In this document: one piece after another, positions 1 through 9,566 of the stretch
Layout of the letters: every line of letters starts with the position of its first letter
Numbering within the stretch: the first letter of the stretch is position 1
NCBI GenBank assembly: GCA_903857665.1
Contig: CAIOFV010000069.1
Location: 10,381-74,380, forward strand
Reading direction: 5' to 3'
DNA from: an uncultured Myxococcales bacterium
Lineage (GTDB): Bacteria > Myxococcota_A > UBA9042 > DTJE01
DNA length: 64,000 nt
Notes under the pieces: model-generated
The model's database searches: none
What the model saw: the letters and a program-made list of their open reading frames with translations, nothing else
What the model was told of the DNA's origin: nothing
Position numbers and translations under genes: made by a program

Positions 1-2134
1 ACACGCCCGACCAGCCCTTTTCCCACCGGTCCCGCAGCGCCGGGTCGGTCTCGTAGCGCAGCAGCGTCCACCACGCCCAGGACGACATCTCGTCGTTGTC
101 GGCCGACAGGGGCCGCGCGTCGTGCTGGATCTCGGTTTCCGCCGCGTCCGCGTACCCGTTCTCCTCGATCAGGAACCGCTTGGCCTCGGCGAACTTCGGG
201 TCGCCGGTCATCCAGTAGGTGGCCGTCAGCCCGCCCAGCAGGATCGCAGCCCGCAGCCCGCCGTCCCCGTACGCGCCCGCGATCCACACGTTGACGTAGT
301 CCGGGTCCATCTGCCCGTAGGTCGTCACCGCCATCGTGACCGGGTCCCACAGCTGGTACCCGTGGTCGATGACGCCGCCCATCAGGCCGGCCATGTGGGC
401 CGCGATGCGCTGGCGCTGGTCCGCGTCCGCGCAGAACTCGTACGCCATCGCCATCATCGACTCGTGGGCGACGATCTCGTCGTTCGACGTGTCGCGCTTG
501 ACCCACCACTTGCCGTCGGCGGACGTGTACCACTTGCCGTCGTCGGGGTTGTCGCAGTCGTCCAGGACGCAGCCCTCCTTGCGGATCACCGACCGGGCGA
601 TGAACCAGTCGGTCCCCGTGACGGTCCGCAGGAACAGCATCGCGTCCAGCGTCCTGTCGAAGTGCGCCTTCGCCTCCAGGTCGCCGGTGACCTTCCACCG
701 CGCGCACTCGCTCATCAGCCAGTAGGCCGACCACGAGCCGTCGTTGTCCGAATCCCACGGAATGTTCGACGTCACGTCGCCCCGGCGAGTCAGGTGGCTG
801 TCGGCCACCGCGCCATCGCGGTCGTGGCGCTGCGCGATGCGATCCACGAACGGGACCAGCTTCTCGGCGACCGTGATGCGCCGGGCCGTCACCGTCCCCA
901 GGCCCCCGGCCGTGGCGAAGTACAGCGGCGCCAGGTCGGCCGTCGCGTCGGTTGCCAGCCCGCGGACGTCCTCGCTGGGCAGCCACCGCTCGGCGCCGTA
1001 CACCCGCCATTCCGGCCCGTCGCCGCGATCCATCATCCGGTAGGCGCCGACCGCGGTCGCCACCACGAAGCCGCCATCCCACGCCTTCGCGGCAGCCCGC
1101 GGCTGATCCAGGGGCACCCGGTCCGCGGCAAACAGCGGGTCCACCACCGGCTCGGAAACCTTTCCGCCCCCGCCCAGCAAGTGCAGGCCCGCGATGCCGC
1201 CCCCGGACACCACGACGAGGTCGATGGCCTTCGGCAGGGTCACGTTCGCCACCAGGCCGACGACGGGCGCCGCAAGCAGTCCGTCGGACGCGCCGAGCGT
1301 CGCGATCTCGGCCCCGACCGGGTCGGCGCCCGGCAGCGGGTGCAGCGTCACCGACCCGTCCGGATGCCCGAGGTAGACGAGGTCGTCGATGATCGTCGCC
1401 GCGGTCGCCGCCGAGCCCCCCGTCGGCCACGCCACGGGGGTCCCGGAGGTCACCAGCGTCGCGCCCACGTCGGTGCGTACGACCGTGACGGCGCCCACCG
1501 CGTCCAACCCGAGGATCGTCAGGCCTTCGGGCGCGAGGTCCTTCGTCACCGTTCCGTCCGGCAACACCCGGTACAGGGTCGTCGGGGCGGCCAGCGCCAC
1601 GAAGCCCGCGCCGCTCGCGGCAGCCGAAACGTCCGCCTCCCCGTCCGCCGGCCCCTTGAACGTCCACGCGCCGCCGCCATCCCGGCTCCACGCCACGCCG
1701 CGCGGCGTCACCTGCAGCGGCCCCTCGCCCACCGGGAACCCCGCGGGCCGCGCGACCACGGCGACCAGCGGCTTCAGCGCCGGGTCCACCTCGTTGGTCG
1801 TGTGGTTGAACTCCTGCACGTAGGGCTCGTCCTTCACCGGGCTCGTTGGCGGCGGGAGGTAGTAGGGGATTTCCAGCGGCGGGAGGTCCGCGGGCGCCAC
1901 GTCGCCGGCCTCCGCGGGCAGGTCTGCGACGTCCCCCTGCGGCAGATCGCCGGCGACCTCCCCCGGACCCGGGTCCGACGGCACGGGGACCTCCGTCCCC
2001 GGATCCCCGGCATCCCCGACGTCCGGGACGTCCACCGCGTCCAGCCGTCCGGCATCGGTCCCGCTCCCGCCTCCGCACGCCATGAAACCGATCGTTCCGA
2101 TCGCCAGCACGATCACCCAAGCAAGCCGTCCCAT
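1..2134 (-). CDS. Lipoprotein of unknown function. The gene is partial: its C-terminus runs off the left edge of the window.
   Basis: The reading frame is open from the ATG at 2132-2134 to position 1. The N-terminus is MGRLAWVIVLAIGTIGFMACGG, a signal peptide with a lipobox Cys. A GGAGGG ribosome-binding site sits 5 nt upstream. It is absent from the ORF track only because it has no in-window stop. The amino-acid composition looks like a real protein rather than an antisense artefact. Confidence 0.6.
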   Translation of the reverse strand, partial: MGRLAWVIVLAIGTIGFMACGGGSGTDAGRLDAVDVPDVGDAGDPGTEVPVPSDPGPGEVAGDLPQGDVADLPAEAGDVAPADLPPLEIPYYLPPPTSPVKDEPYVQEFNHTTNEVDPALKPLVAVVARPAGFPVGEGPLQVTPRGVAWSRDGGGAWTFKGPADGEADVSAAASGAGFVALAAPTTLYRVLPDGTVTKDLAPEGLTILGLDAVGAVTVVRTDVGATLVTSGTPVAWPTGGSAATAATIIDDLVYLGHPDGSVTLHPLPGADPVGAEIATLGASDGLLAAPVVGLVANVTLPKAIDLVVVSGGGIAGLHLLGGGGKVSEPVVDPLFAADRVPLDQPRAAAKAWDGGFVVATAVGAYRMMDRGDGPEWRVYGAERWLPSEDVRGLATDATADLAPLYFATAGGLGTVTARRITVAEKLVPFVDRIAQRHDRDGAVADSHLTRRGDVTSNIPWDSDNDGSWSAYWLMSECARWKVTGDLEAKAHFDRTLDAMLFLRTVTGTDWFIARSVIRKEGCVLDDCDNPDDGKWYTSADGKWWVKRDTSNDEIVAHESMMAMAYEFCADADQRQRIAAHMAGLMGGVIDHGYQLWDPVTMAVTTYGQMDPDYVNVWIAGAYGDGGLRAAILLGGLTATYWMTGDPKFAEAKRFLIEENGYADAAETEIQHDARPLSADNDEMSSWAWWTLLRYETDPALRDRWEKGWSGV

Positions 2135-2299
2135 GGCGCCCTCCGGAAAATCCCACGCGAGTCTAGCAGACGGCGCTGGCGATCGCCTGCCACGCGCGAT
2201 TCTCGCATCCGCGCCGTTCGTCACGAAAATGCCACGGAGCCGTCATGAAATCCTCCCCGTTCGGGGGGCATGCTCCCCGCGTATCCCGAGGAGGAGCGC

Positions 2300-2929
2300 A
2301 TGTTCAACAAGCTGCGGCCGCATGAAATCGGGTTCTTCGACCTTTTCAGCCGCCACGCGACCCAGTCGCTGGATGCGGGGCGCACGCTGGTCCTGCTGCT
2401 GTCCGAATGGCCCGAGGGCGAAGGCCGCATCCGCCGGGTGGAGGAACTGGAGCACGAGTGCGACTCCACGGCGCACCTGGTCATCGACCTGTTGCACCGC
2501 ACCTTCATCACGCCGCTGGACCGCGACGAGACGATGAAGCTGATCACCAAGCAGGACGACGTGACGGACAGCATCGAGGCCGCGGCCCTCCGCCTGCAGA
2601 TGTACGACATCGGGAAGCTCCCGGGCAAGCTGATCGAGCTGGCCAAGGTGCTCGTCCGGGCCCAGGAGATCCTGGTCGAACTGGTCGCCCTGCTTCGCGA
2701 CTTCAAGCAGATGGACAAAATGAAGGAGCTGATCATCGAGGTCCAGCGGCTGGAGAACGAGGCCGACGGCCTGCATCGCTCGGGCCTGGCCGAACTGTTC
2801 CGACAGCACGCCAACGACCCGATGACGGTGATGAAGTTGAAGGAAATCTACGAGATCGTCGAGGAAGCCACGGACCAGTGCGAGGACGTGGCCGAAATCA
2901 TCGAGGGGATCGCGCTGGAGCACGTCTGA
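2300..2929 (+). CDS. DUF47 / PhoU-like phosphate-transport regulator (YkaA family)
   Basis: The ATG at 2300 follows a GAGGAGG ribosome-binding site. The N-terminus is MFNKLRPHEIGFFDLF and the protein is a helical, PhoU-like sequence of about 210 aa. Its stop overlaps the pit start (TGATG). The DUF47-pit gene pair is a conserved arrangement. Confidence 0.8.
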   Translation: MFNKLRPHEIGFFDLFSRHATQSLDAGRTLVLLLSEWPEGEGRIRRVEELEHECDSTAHLVIDLLHRTFITPLDRDETMKLITKQDDVTDSIEAAALRLQMYDIGKLPGKLIELAKVLVRAQEILVELVALLRDFKQMDKMKELIIEVQRLENEADGLHRSGLAELFRQHANDPMTVMKLKEIYEIVEEATDQCEDVAEIIEGIALEHV

Positions 2930-3960
2930 TGGAAATCTTCGGATTCCTGGCCGACAACCCCCTGATCGCGGTCACCTGCTTCATCGCCCTGGCCTTCGAT
3001 TTCGTGAACGGCTTCCACGACGCCGCAAACTCGATCGCGACCGTCGTCGCGACGCGCGTGCTGCACCCGAAATGGGCCGTGGCCTGGGCCGCGTTCTTCA
3101 ATTTCGCCGCGGCGCTCACATTCGGCGTTGCGGTGGCCAAGACGGTGGGCAGCGGCGTCGTCCACAAGGAGTTCGTGGAGGTCCCCGTCGTGCTGGCGGG
3201 CCTCGTCGGCGCCATCGCGTGGAACCTCATCACCTGGTGGCTCGGGTTGCCGTCGTCGTCGTCCCACGCCCTCATCGGCGGGTACGCGGGCGCCGCGGTG
3301 TCCCACGCCGGCTTCCAGGCGCTGATACCGGAGGGCCTGATCAAGGTCGCCCTCTTCATCGTGATCTCGCCGGTGCTGGGCATGGTGCTGGCGCTGGTGG
3401 TCCAGAAGATCACGCTCTTCCTCGTGAAGAGGGGCGCGCCCCGGAAGATGTCGCGGCTGTTCCGCAAGCTCCAACTGGTGTCCGCGGCCATCTACTCGTT
3501 CAGCCACGGCACCAACGACGCCCAGAAGACCATGGGCATCCTGTTCGCGCTGTTGATCGCCGGAAACATGAAGGTGAACGGCCTGCCCATGACGGTGGAC
3601 TCCCCGATCCCGCCCCTGGTCGTGTTCGCCTGTTTCACGATGATCTCGGCGGGCACGCTCTTCGGCGGCTACCGGATCATCCGAACGATGGGAATGAAGC
3701 TGACCAAATTGGACCCGATGCACGGCTTCTGTGCCGAGACGGGCGGCGGCGTGACGATCCTCGCCGTGTCGTATTTCGGCATCCCGGTTTCGACGACGCA
3801 CACCATCACGGGCGCCATCGTCGGCGTCGGCATGACCAGCGGCCTGTCGCAGGTGCGCTGGATCGTGGCAGGCCGCATCCTGTGGGCGTGGGTGCTGACG
3901 ATCCCGATGTCCGCCTTCCTCGCGGGCCTCTTCTACTACGTGGTGGGACGGTTCCTGTAG
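2929..3960 (+). CDS. pitA: Inorganic phosphate transporter, PiT family (PitA-like)
   Basis: N-terminus MEIFGFLADNPLIAVTCFIALAFDFVNGFHDAANSIAT, containing the GFHDAAN signature; a second GTNDAQKTMG motif; polytopic membrane protein of 343 aa. Confidence 0.85.
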   Translation: MEIFGFLADNPLIAVTCFIALAFDFVNGFHDAANSIATVVATRVLHPKWAVAWAAFFNFAAALTFGVAVAKTVGSGVVHKEFVEVPVVLAGLVGAIAWNLITWWLGLPSSSSHALIGGYAGAAVSHAGFQALIPEGLIKVALFIVISPVLGMVLALVVQKITLFLVKRGAPRKMSRLFRKLQLVSAAIYSFSHGTNDAQKTMGILFALLIAGNMKVNGLPMTVDSPIPPLVVFACFTMISAGTLFGGYRIIRTMGMKLTKLDPMHGFCAETGGGVTILAVSYFGIPVSTTHTITGAIVGVGMTSGLSQVRWIVAGRILWAWVLTIPMSAFLAGLFYYVVGRFL

Positions 3961-3982
3961 GCCCGCACCGCCCCGGAACGCG

Positions 3983-5026
3983 TCAAGTCCCGGTCTCGGC
4001 GGGAGGCTCGTCGTCGTCGGGCAGGTGACCCGCCAGCAGGTCGCCCACGAAGCGCGTGGATTCCATCCGATCCAGCACGATCTTGATCACGGCGGTGATG
4101 GGCGCCGCCAGGAACGCCCCCGGGATCCCCCACAGGACGCCCCAGAAGATCAGGCACAGCAGCACCGTCACGGGGTGCAGCTCGAGGGCCTTGCCCGTCA
4201 GGCGCGGCTCGACGAAGGTCCCCAGGATGACCTGGATCCCGCCGGGGATCAGCAGCACCAGCAGCGTCGTCGCCGACGGCCCGAACTGCACGTAGGCGAT
4301 GGGCAACGGCAGCAGCACCGACACGATGCCGCCTACGGTCGGCACGAAGTTCAGGAAGAACGCCAGCAGGCCCATCACCACCGCCAGGTCCAGGCCCAGC
4401 AGGAACAGGATGCCGCCGGTCAGGATGCCGGTCACCGCCGACGTGAACAGCTTCACCAGGAGGTAGCGGTTCACGCGATCGTCGATCTCGCGCCAGACGC
4501 CGCTCTTGTGGGCGTTGGGGGTGCGGCCGGCTACCAGGAACAGCACGAACACCAGCACCAGCAGCAGCGTCGATACCGACGACAGGACCTGGTTCACGGT
4601 CCCCATCAGGTAGTCGGTGACCGGAAGCTCCTGGATGCGCTGACGCAGGGGCGTATCGTCGATGGGCAGGCCCAGGTCCCGCAGGTACTGGACGCTCCCG
4701 TCGATGACCTCCACCAGCCGGGCCTGGTACTGGGGCCCGCGATCGGCCACGGCGCTGACCGACGACGCGACCAGCAGGCCCAGGGCGAAGGCCAGGCCGC
4801 CTGCCAGGCCCAGCGCGACGATGATGCCCAGGACGCGGGGCAGCCGCAGGCGCACCTGGAGCACATCGACCAGCGGCGACACCAGGTAGGACAGCAGGAG
4901 TGCCAGCGTCAGGGGAACCAGCACCGGGCGCAGGAAGTACAGCGCCGCCCCGATCCCGAGGGCGGCGAGGATCATCAGCGAACCCGCCATGACCCGGTTG
5001 TGCCCGTCACCCCCCGAAGAGGTCAT
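3983..5026 (-). CDS. AI-2E family transporter (PerM/YhhT-like permease)
   Basis: Polytopic membrane protein with the AI-2E C-terminal region (GLLWGIPGAFLAAPITAVIKIV). The ATG at 5026 follows a GCGAGGG ribosome-binding site. The track start at 5092 is a GTG. Confidence 0.7.
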   Translation of the reverse strand: MTSSGGDGHNRVMAGSLMILAALGIGAALYFLRPVLVPLTLALLLSYLVSPLVDVLQVRLRLPRVLGIIVALGLAGGLAFALGLLVASSVSAVADRGPQYQARLVEVIDGSVQYLRDLGLPIDDTPLRQRIQELPVTDYLMGTVNQVLSSVSTLLLVLVFVLFLVAGRTPNAHKSGVWREIDDRVNRYLLVKLFTSAVTGILTGGILFLLGLDLAVVMGLLAFFLNFVPTVGGIVSVLLPLPIAYVQFGPSATTLLVLLIPGGIQVILGTFVEPRLTGKALELHPVTVLLCLIFWGVLWGIPGAFLAAPITAVIKIVLDRMESTRFVGDLLAGHLPDDDEPPAETGT

Positions 5027-5132
5027 GTCAACCCTCGCTGCTGCCGGACCAGCGTAGCCGGAACGGGTGCCGAACGCCAAGGGGACGGGCACGCGGGACG
5101 CGCGGCCCCGGGGAAAGCGGCGGTTCGCGCGG

Positions 5133-6050
5133 TCAACAGTGCGCGTCCAGCCAGCCGATCAGGTCGCGGACGGCCTCGTCCCGGGCCGGGTCGTGGAAGA
5201 CCTCGTGACGGGCGCCCTCGTAGTATCTTTCGGTGACGTCGGTCAGGCCCAGCCCCCGGTAGCGCGCGGCCAGCGCCCGGACGCCGCGGCCGCCTCGGGA
5301 CACCGGGTCGGCGGTGCCGGTGATGGTCAGGACGGGCAGCCCCTTCGGGACGCGCGCCTCGGCGGAACGGCGCCAGGTCGCCTGCAGCAGGCGCACCAGT
5401 TCCAGGAAGAACGAGTTGGGGCACGGGAAGCCGCACCGCGGGTCGTCCACGTATCGCCGGACCTCATCGACGTCCCGGGACAGCCATTCCTTGCCCGTGG
5501 CGCCCGGCTCGAAGGCCTTGTTCAGGCCGCCGACCGACAGCTTGTCCAGCAGGACGGCCTGTCGATCCGGGCCACGCGAGGCCACCACCAGCCGTGCCAG
5601 CACCACGCCCGGGCCCACCAGCGGGTCCGAACCGTTGGAACCGCTGAGGATCAGGCCCTTCAGGATGGATCCCCACTGCTGGGCGTACGCCTGCGCCAGG
5701 AACGACCCCCACGAATGGCCCAGCAGGAACAGGGGCTGGCTGGGAAACGTCGCCCGGATCGCATCGGACAGCACGTGCAGGTCGCACAGCACGCCCTTCC
5801 ACCCGGCCGGTCCCAGGCGACCCAGGTCCCCGTCGTCCTTCACCGAGCCGCCGTGGCCCCGATGGTCGTCGGCGTAGACCGCGTAGCCGGCATCGACCAG
5901 CGCGAGGGCGACAGCCTCGTACCGCGCCGCGTGTTCCTGCATGCCGTGGGCGATCTGCACGACGCCCCGCACCGGGCCGTCGGGCGACCACCGCAGGCAG
6001 TACATCCGCCGGCCATCGCAGCGCTCCAGCTCGAACGACGTCGACGTCAT
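5133..6050 (-). CDS. Alpha/beta hydrolase, lysophospholipase / monoacylglycerol-lipase-like
   Basis: Nucleophile elbow GHSWG, HGxxEH-type motif (IAHGMQEHAARY), length of about 305 aa. The ATG at 6050 follows a GGAGG ribosome-binding site. Confidence 0.7.
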   Translation of the reverse strand: MTSTSFELERCDGRRMYCLRWSPDGPVRGVVQIAHGMQEHAARYEAVALALVDAGYAVYADDHRGHGGSVKDDGDLGRLGPAGWKGVLCDLHVLSDAIRATFPSQPLFLLGHSWGSFLAQAYAQQWGSILKGLILSGSNGSDPLVGPGVVLARLVVASRGPDRQAVLLDKLSVGGLNKAFEPGATGKEWLSRDVDEVRRYVDDPRCGFPCPNSFFLELVRLLQATWRRSAEARVPKGLPVLTITGTADPVSRGGRGVRALAARYRGLGLTDVTERYYEGARHEVFHDPARDEAVRDLIGWLDAHC

Positions 6051-6175
6051 GTCGTGTTCCTCCCCGGGGTCATCGTAGCCCTGCACCGCAGGGGATTCAA
6101 GGCGCGCGGGCCGCATCCTTGCCTCCCCCCCCGTGCGCATGCTACTCCGTAGGGGAAGGAACGAAGGAATTCGAA

Positions 6176-8092
6176 ATGTCCGGCCCGCCGGGCGAGGGCC
6201 TGTCGATGTCCGAGGTGCGCGGAAGCGTGCAGGTGCCCCGCTACGGGAACCTGTTCCGGCGCATCTTCGCCGTGTCCGGCCCCGCCTACCTCGTCGCCGT
6301 GGGGTACATGGACCCCGGCAACTGGGCGACGGACCTGGCGGCCGGGTCCGCGTTCAACAATTCCCTGCTCTGGGTCCTCGTGATGTCGAACCTGATGGCG
6401 CTGCTGCTGCAGAGCCTGTCCGTGCGCCTGGGCATCGTGCGCGGCCTGGACCTGGCCCAGGCCTGCCGCCGGGAGTATCCGCCCCTCGTCAACGGCATGC
6501 TGTGGGCCCTGTGCGAAATCGCCGTCGCGGCATGCGACCTGGCCGAGGTGCTCGGGTCGGCCATCGCGCTGCAACTGCTGTTCGGGCTGCCCCTGGCCTG
6601 GGGCGTGGTGCTGACCGCCGCGGACACGCTGCTGCTGCTGGTCCTCGGCCGGTACGGGATCCGCAAGGTCGAGGCCTTCATCATCGGCCTCGTCACGATC
6701 ATCGCGGGCGGCCTCCTGGTCGAGGTCGTCCTGGTGCGACCCGAATGGGGCGGCGTGGCGGCGGGCCTGATCCCCTCGCTGCCCGGTCCCGGCGCCCTGT
6801 ACGTCGCGATGGGCATGCTGGGCGCCACGATCATGCCCCACAACCTGTACCTGCACTCCTCGCTGGTCCAGACCCGGCATATCGGACCGTCGCCGGCCGA
6901 AAAGCGCACCGCCATCCGCTTCAACATCATCGACTCGGCGATCGCGCTGAACATGGCGATGCTGGTCAACGGCGCGATCCTGATCGTCGCGGCGTCGGCC
7001 TTCTTCCGGGCGGGCTACCACGAAATCACCAGCATCCAGGAAGCCAGCCACCTGCTGGAACCGATCCTGGGTTCCGCGATGGCGCCGATCATCTTCGCAG
7101 TGGCCCTGCTGGCCTCCGGGCAGTCCTCGACCATCACGGGCACCATGGCGGGCCAGATCGTGATGGAAGGCTTCCTGAACATCCGCATCCCGCCCTGGGT
7201 GCGGCGGATGATCACACGGCTCCTGGCCGTGATCCCGGCCGTCGTGGTCATCCTGGTCAGCGGCGAGGAAAGCACGGGTCCCCTGCTGGTGCTGTCGCAG
7301 GTGGTCCTTTCGGCCCAGTTGCCGTTCGCCATCATCCCGCTGGTGCACTTCGTGTCCGACCGCAAGACGATGGGCGAGTTCGCGCTGGGCCGCACGATGC
7401 GGGCGTTGGCGTGGCTGACGACGTTGATCATCGTGGGTTTGAACGGGTGGTTGCTGGTCGAAACCCTTCCGGGGCTGTCGACCGGGGAGGGCGCCATGTG
7501 GATCCAGGCCCTGGTGATCCCGTTCGCGGCGGCGCTGGCCGCGCTGCTGATGTATGTCTGGCTGCGGCCCTGGATCCGGCGGGTGTGGCGCAGGCGCCAG
7601 GTCGTGGCCGACGTCGGGATCCACGCGGCGGGGCTGCAGGCGGCAGGCCTGGCGGGCGCCATCGGCACCCCGTACGGGCACGTGGCGGTGGCGCTGGACT
7701 TCAGCGGTCGCGACGCAGAAATCCTGCGCGAAGCCGTGCGCTTCCTGGGGACCAACCGGCCCGCCGTCGCCCTGATGCACGTGGTCGAAAGCGCCCCGGC
7801 GGGCTTCCATGGGGCGGACTCGGGAGACGCCGAATCCCAGCAGGACGCGGCACGCCTCGAGGCCTGGGCGGCAGAGCTGCGGACCCTGGGCTTCGCCGCC
7901 ACGACCCACCTGGGTTCCGGACGGCCCGTGCCCGAGCTGGTGCGACTGATCGGCGAGACGCACGCGGACCTGGTCATCCTGGGCGCGCACGGTCACGGGT
8001 TCATCAAGGACCTGCTGCTGGGGACCACCGCGGACCGACTGCGCCACCGGGTGGACGCGCACGTGCTGGTCGTGGCGAAACGGAAGGGTTGA
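6176..8092 (+). CDS. mntH: NRAMP-family divalent metal (Mn2+/Fe2+) transporter fused to a C-terminal universal stress protein (UspA) domain
   Basis: NRAMP signatures are present (GPAYLVAVGYMDPGNWATDLAAGS and the GQSSTITGTMAGQIVMEGFL consensus transport motif). The C-terminal 150 aa or so have a UspA fold (VLVVAKR tail, ADLVILGAHGHG). The ATG at 6176 follows an AGGGGAAGGAACGAAGGAA ribosome-binding site. Confidence 0.8.
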   Translation: MSGPPGEGLSMSEVRGSVQVPRYGNLFRRIFAVSGPAYLVAVGYMDPGNWATDLAAGSAFNNSLLWVLVMSNLMALLLQSLSVRLGIVRGLDLAQACRREYPPLVNGMLWALCEIAVAACDLAEVLGSAIALQLLFGLPLAWGVVLTAADTLLLLVLGRYGIRKVEAFIIGLVTIIAGGLLVEVVLVRPEWGGVAAGLIPSLPGPGALYVAMGMLGATIMPHNLYLHSSLVQTRHIGPSPAEKRTAIRFNIIDSAIALNMAMLVNGAILIVAASAFFRAGYHEITSIQEASHLLEPILGSAMAPIIFAVALLASGQSSTITGTMAGQIVMEGFLNIRIPPWVRRMITRLLAVIPAVVVILVSGEESTGPLLVLSQVVLSAQLPFAIIPLVHFVSDRKTMGEFALGRTMRALAWLTTLIIVGLNGWLLVETLPGLSTGEGAMWIQALVIPFAAALAALLMYVWLRPWIRRVWRRRQVVADVGIHAAGLQAAGLAGAIGTPYGHVAVALDFSGRDAEILREAVRFLGTNRPAVALMHVVESAPAGFHGADSGDAESQQDAARLEAWAAELRTLGFAATTHLGSGRPVPELVRLIGETHADLVILGAHGHGFIKDLLLGTTADRLRHRVDAHVLVVAKRKG

Positions 8093-8111
8093 ACCCGGAC
8101 GTGACCGCGAG

Positions 8112-9470
8112 TCAGCGGGCCGCCCCGAAAAGCGTCGCCAGCCGACCCAGCGAACGAAGCAGCCTGATACGGGCGACCTCGAGGTCCAACTCGGCCTGGA
8201 TGACGCTGCTGCGGGCCTGCACCATCGTAGCCTGCGCGTCGGCCACCTCGGTCACGTTCCCGGAACCGATGGCGTAGCGCGCTTCCGCCAGTTCGAGCGT
8301 CTCGCGCGCAGCCGCCAGCAGTGCCTGCGCCGGGGCCTGCTTGTCCCGCGCCTCGCGCCAGGCGACCTCCGCGTTTTCGACCTCGGCCCGGATGGAATTC
8401 TGGAGGCCGGTGAGGTTCGCCTTCAAGGCCCGGACGTTTTCCTGGGATTCCTTCGCGGCGGCGTTCGCCTGCACGATGCTGGACACCAGGCCCCAGTTCA
8501 GCGACGCCCCGACGTACCAGTTCCACGCCAGGTCCTGGACCTTGTACCCCGTGTAGGTCAGCCCCGCGTTGGCCCCCAGGGTCGGGAAGAACCCGCCCCG
8601 CGCGGCCACGACCTGGGCCTCGGCCGCCTTGATCTGTTCCTGCAGTTGCCGCAACTCCGGTCGCCCGTCCATGGCCTCGCGGACCGACGCCTCCAGGTCC
8701 TCGGCGCCCGGCGGCTCCGATGCTGACGGACGCGCCAGGGTGACCCGGCCCAGCCCCGGCCGCCCCATGGCCGTCCCCAGCGAGATCAGCGCGGTGCGTT
8801 CGGCGTTGATCGCCTGGATCTGGGCGAGGTCGGCACTGGCCAGGTCGGCCTGGGCCCGGGTCACGTCGATGCGTGGGCGCAGGCCGGCGTCCACCCGACC
8901 CTGGGCCGCCGCCAGGTGCTCCGTCATCTGCCGCTTCGACTCCTCGGCCGCCTCGACGGTCTCCCGGGCGGCGATGGCCAGGAAGTAGGCCTGCCCGACC
9001 TGCAGGAAGGTGTCCTCGATGGTCGAGCGGACCGCCGCCGCGGCAGCGCGGTCCTGGGCCCTGGCGGCGTCGAACGGGCCCAGCGTGCGCCCGAAGTCCC
9101 AGATCGTCTGCTGCAACCCCAGCGTCGCGGAGTAGTTGTCGTACGACGCGCCCGAGGTTCGCGTACCCGTGGCCAGCAGCGTGCTGCTGCCGGCACCGGG
9201 GAACGACGCGCTGTTCTGGGTGGCCCGCCGGTAGCCCACCGTTCCCGTCACCTGGGGCAGGAACCCGGTCATCGCGACGTCCACGCCGTAGCCGGCAGCC
9301 GCGCCCGAGGCCCGGGACGCCGCGACGGTCGGGTTCGACTCCAGCGCGATCCGGATGGCAGAATCGAGGGTCAGCACGTCGGCCTGTGCCCGTGCCACCG
9401 GCGCCGCCAGCAGCACGACGGAAAGGGCCAGGGCCGCGAAGAGGCACGGCGGCCGAAGGTGGAGTTCCAT
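8112..9470 (-). CDS. TolC-family outer-membrane efflux protein
   Basis: Signal peptide MELHLRPPCLFAALALSVVLLAAPVARAQA, followed by two OEP repeats with the coiled-coil and barrel pattern. 453 aa, from the ATG at 9468-9470. Confidence 0.8.
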   Translation of the reverse strand: MELHLRPPCLFAALALSVVLLAAPVARAQADVLTLDSAIRIALESNPTVAASRASGAAAGYGVDVAMTGFLPQVTGTVGYRRATQNSASFPGAGSSTLLATGTRTSGASYDNYSATLGLQQTIWDFGRTLGPFDAARAQDRAAAAAVRSTIEDTFLQVGQAYFLAIAARETVEAAEESKRQMTEHLAAAQGRVDAGLRPRIDVTRAQADLASADLAQIQAINAERTALISLGTAMGRPGLGRVTLARPSASEPPGAEDLEASVREAMDGRPELRQLQEQIKAAEAQVVAARGGFFPTLGANAGLTYTGYKVQDLAWNWYVGASLNWGLVSSIVQANAAAKESQENVRALKANLTGLQNSIRAEVENAEVAWREARDKQAPAQALLAAARETLELAEARYAIGSGNVTEVADAQATMVQARSSVIQAELDLEVARIRLLRSLGRLATLFGAAR

Positions 9471-9566
9471 CAATCTTCCTCCCGTGAACGGTACCTGCCC
9501 GGCGTCGCTGGACACCGGGGCTCGAAACGGGGACAGTCGATACGGGCGATCCGTTAGCAGGGTCCG

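Noticed and set aside
122-2248. 708-aa plus-strand ORF
   Set aside because: Arg/Gly/Pro-rich low-complexity translation that runs antisense to a convincing lipoprotein gene on the minus strand (1..2134). This is typical of GC-rich antisense frames.
6133-8277. 714-aa plus-strand ORF overlapping mntH in another frame
   Set aside because: The translation is R/G/P-rich with no domain features. The mntH frame has clear NRAMP motifs and a strong ribosome-binding site.
9470-9566. ECF-type autoregulatory promoter upstream of the sigma gene
   Set aside because: I looked for a GGAAC-N16-17-CGTT-like pattern. I found only a weak, wrongly spaced GAAAC...CCGTT match, which is not reportable.
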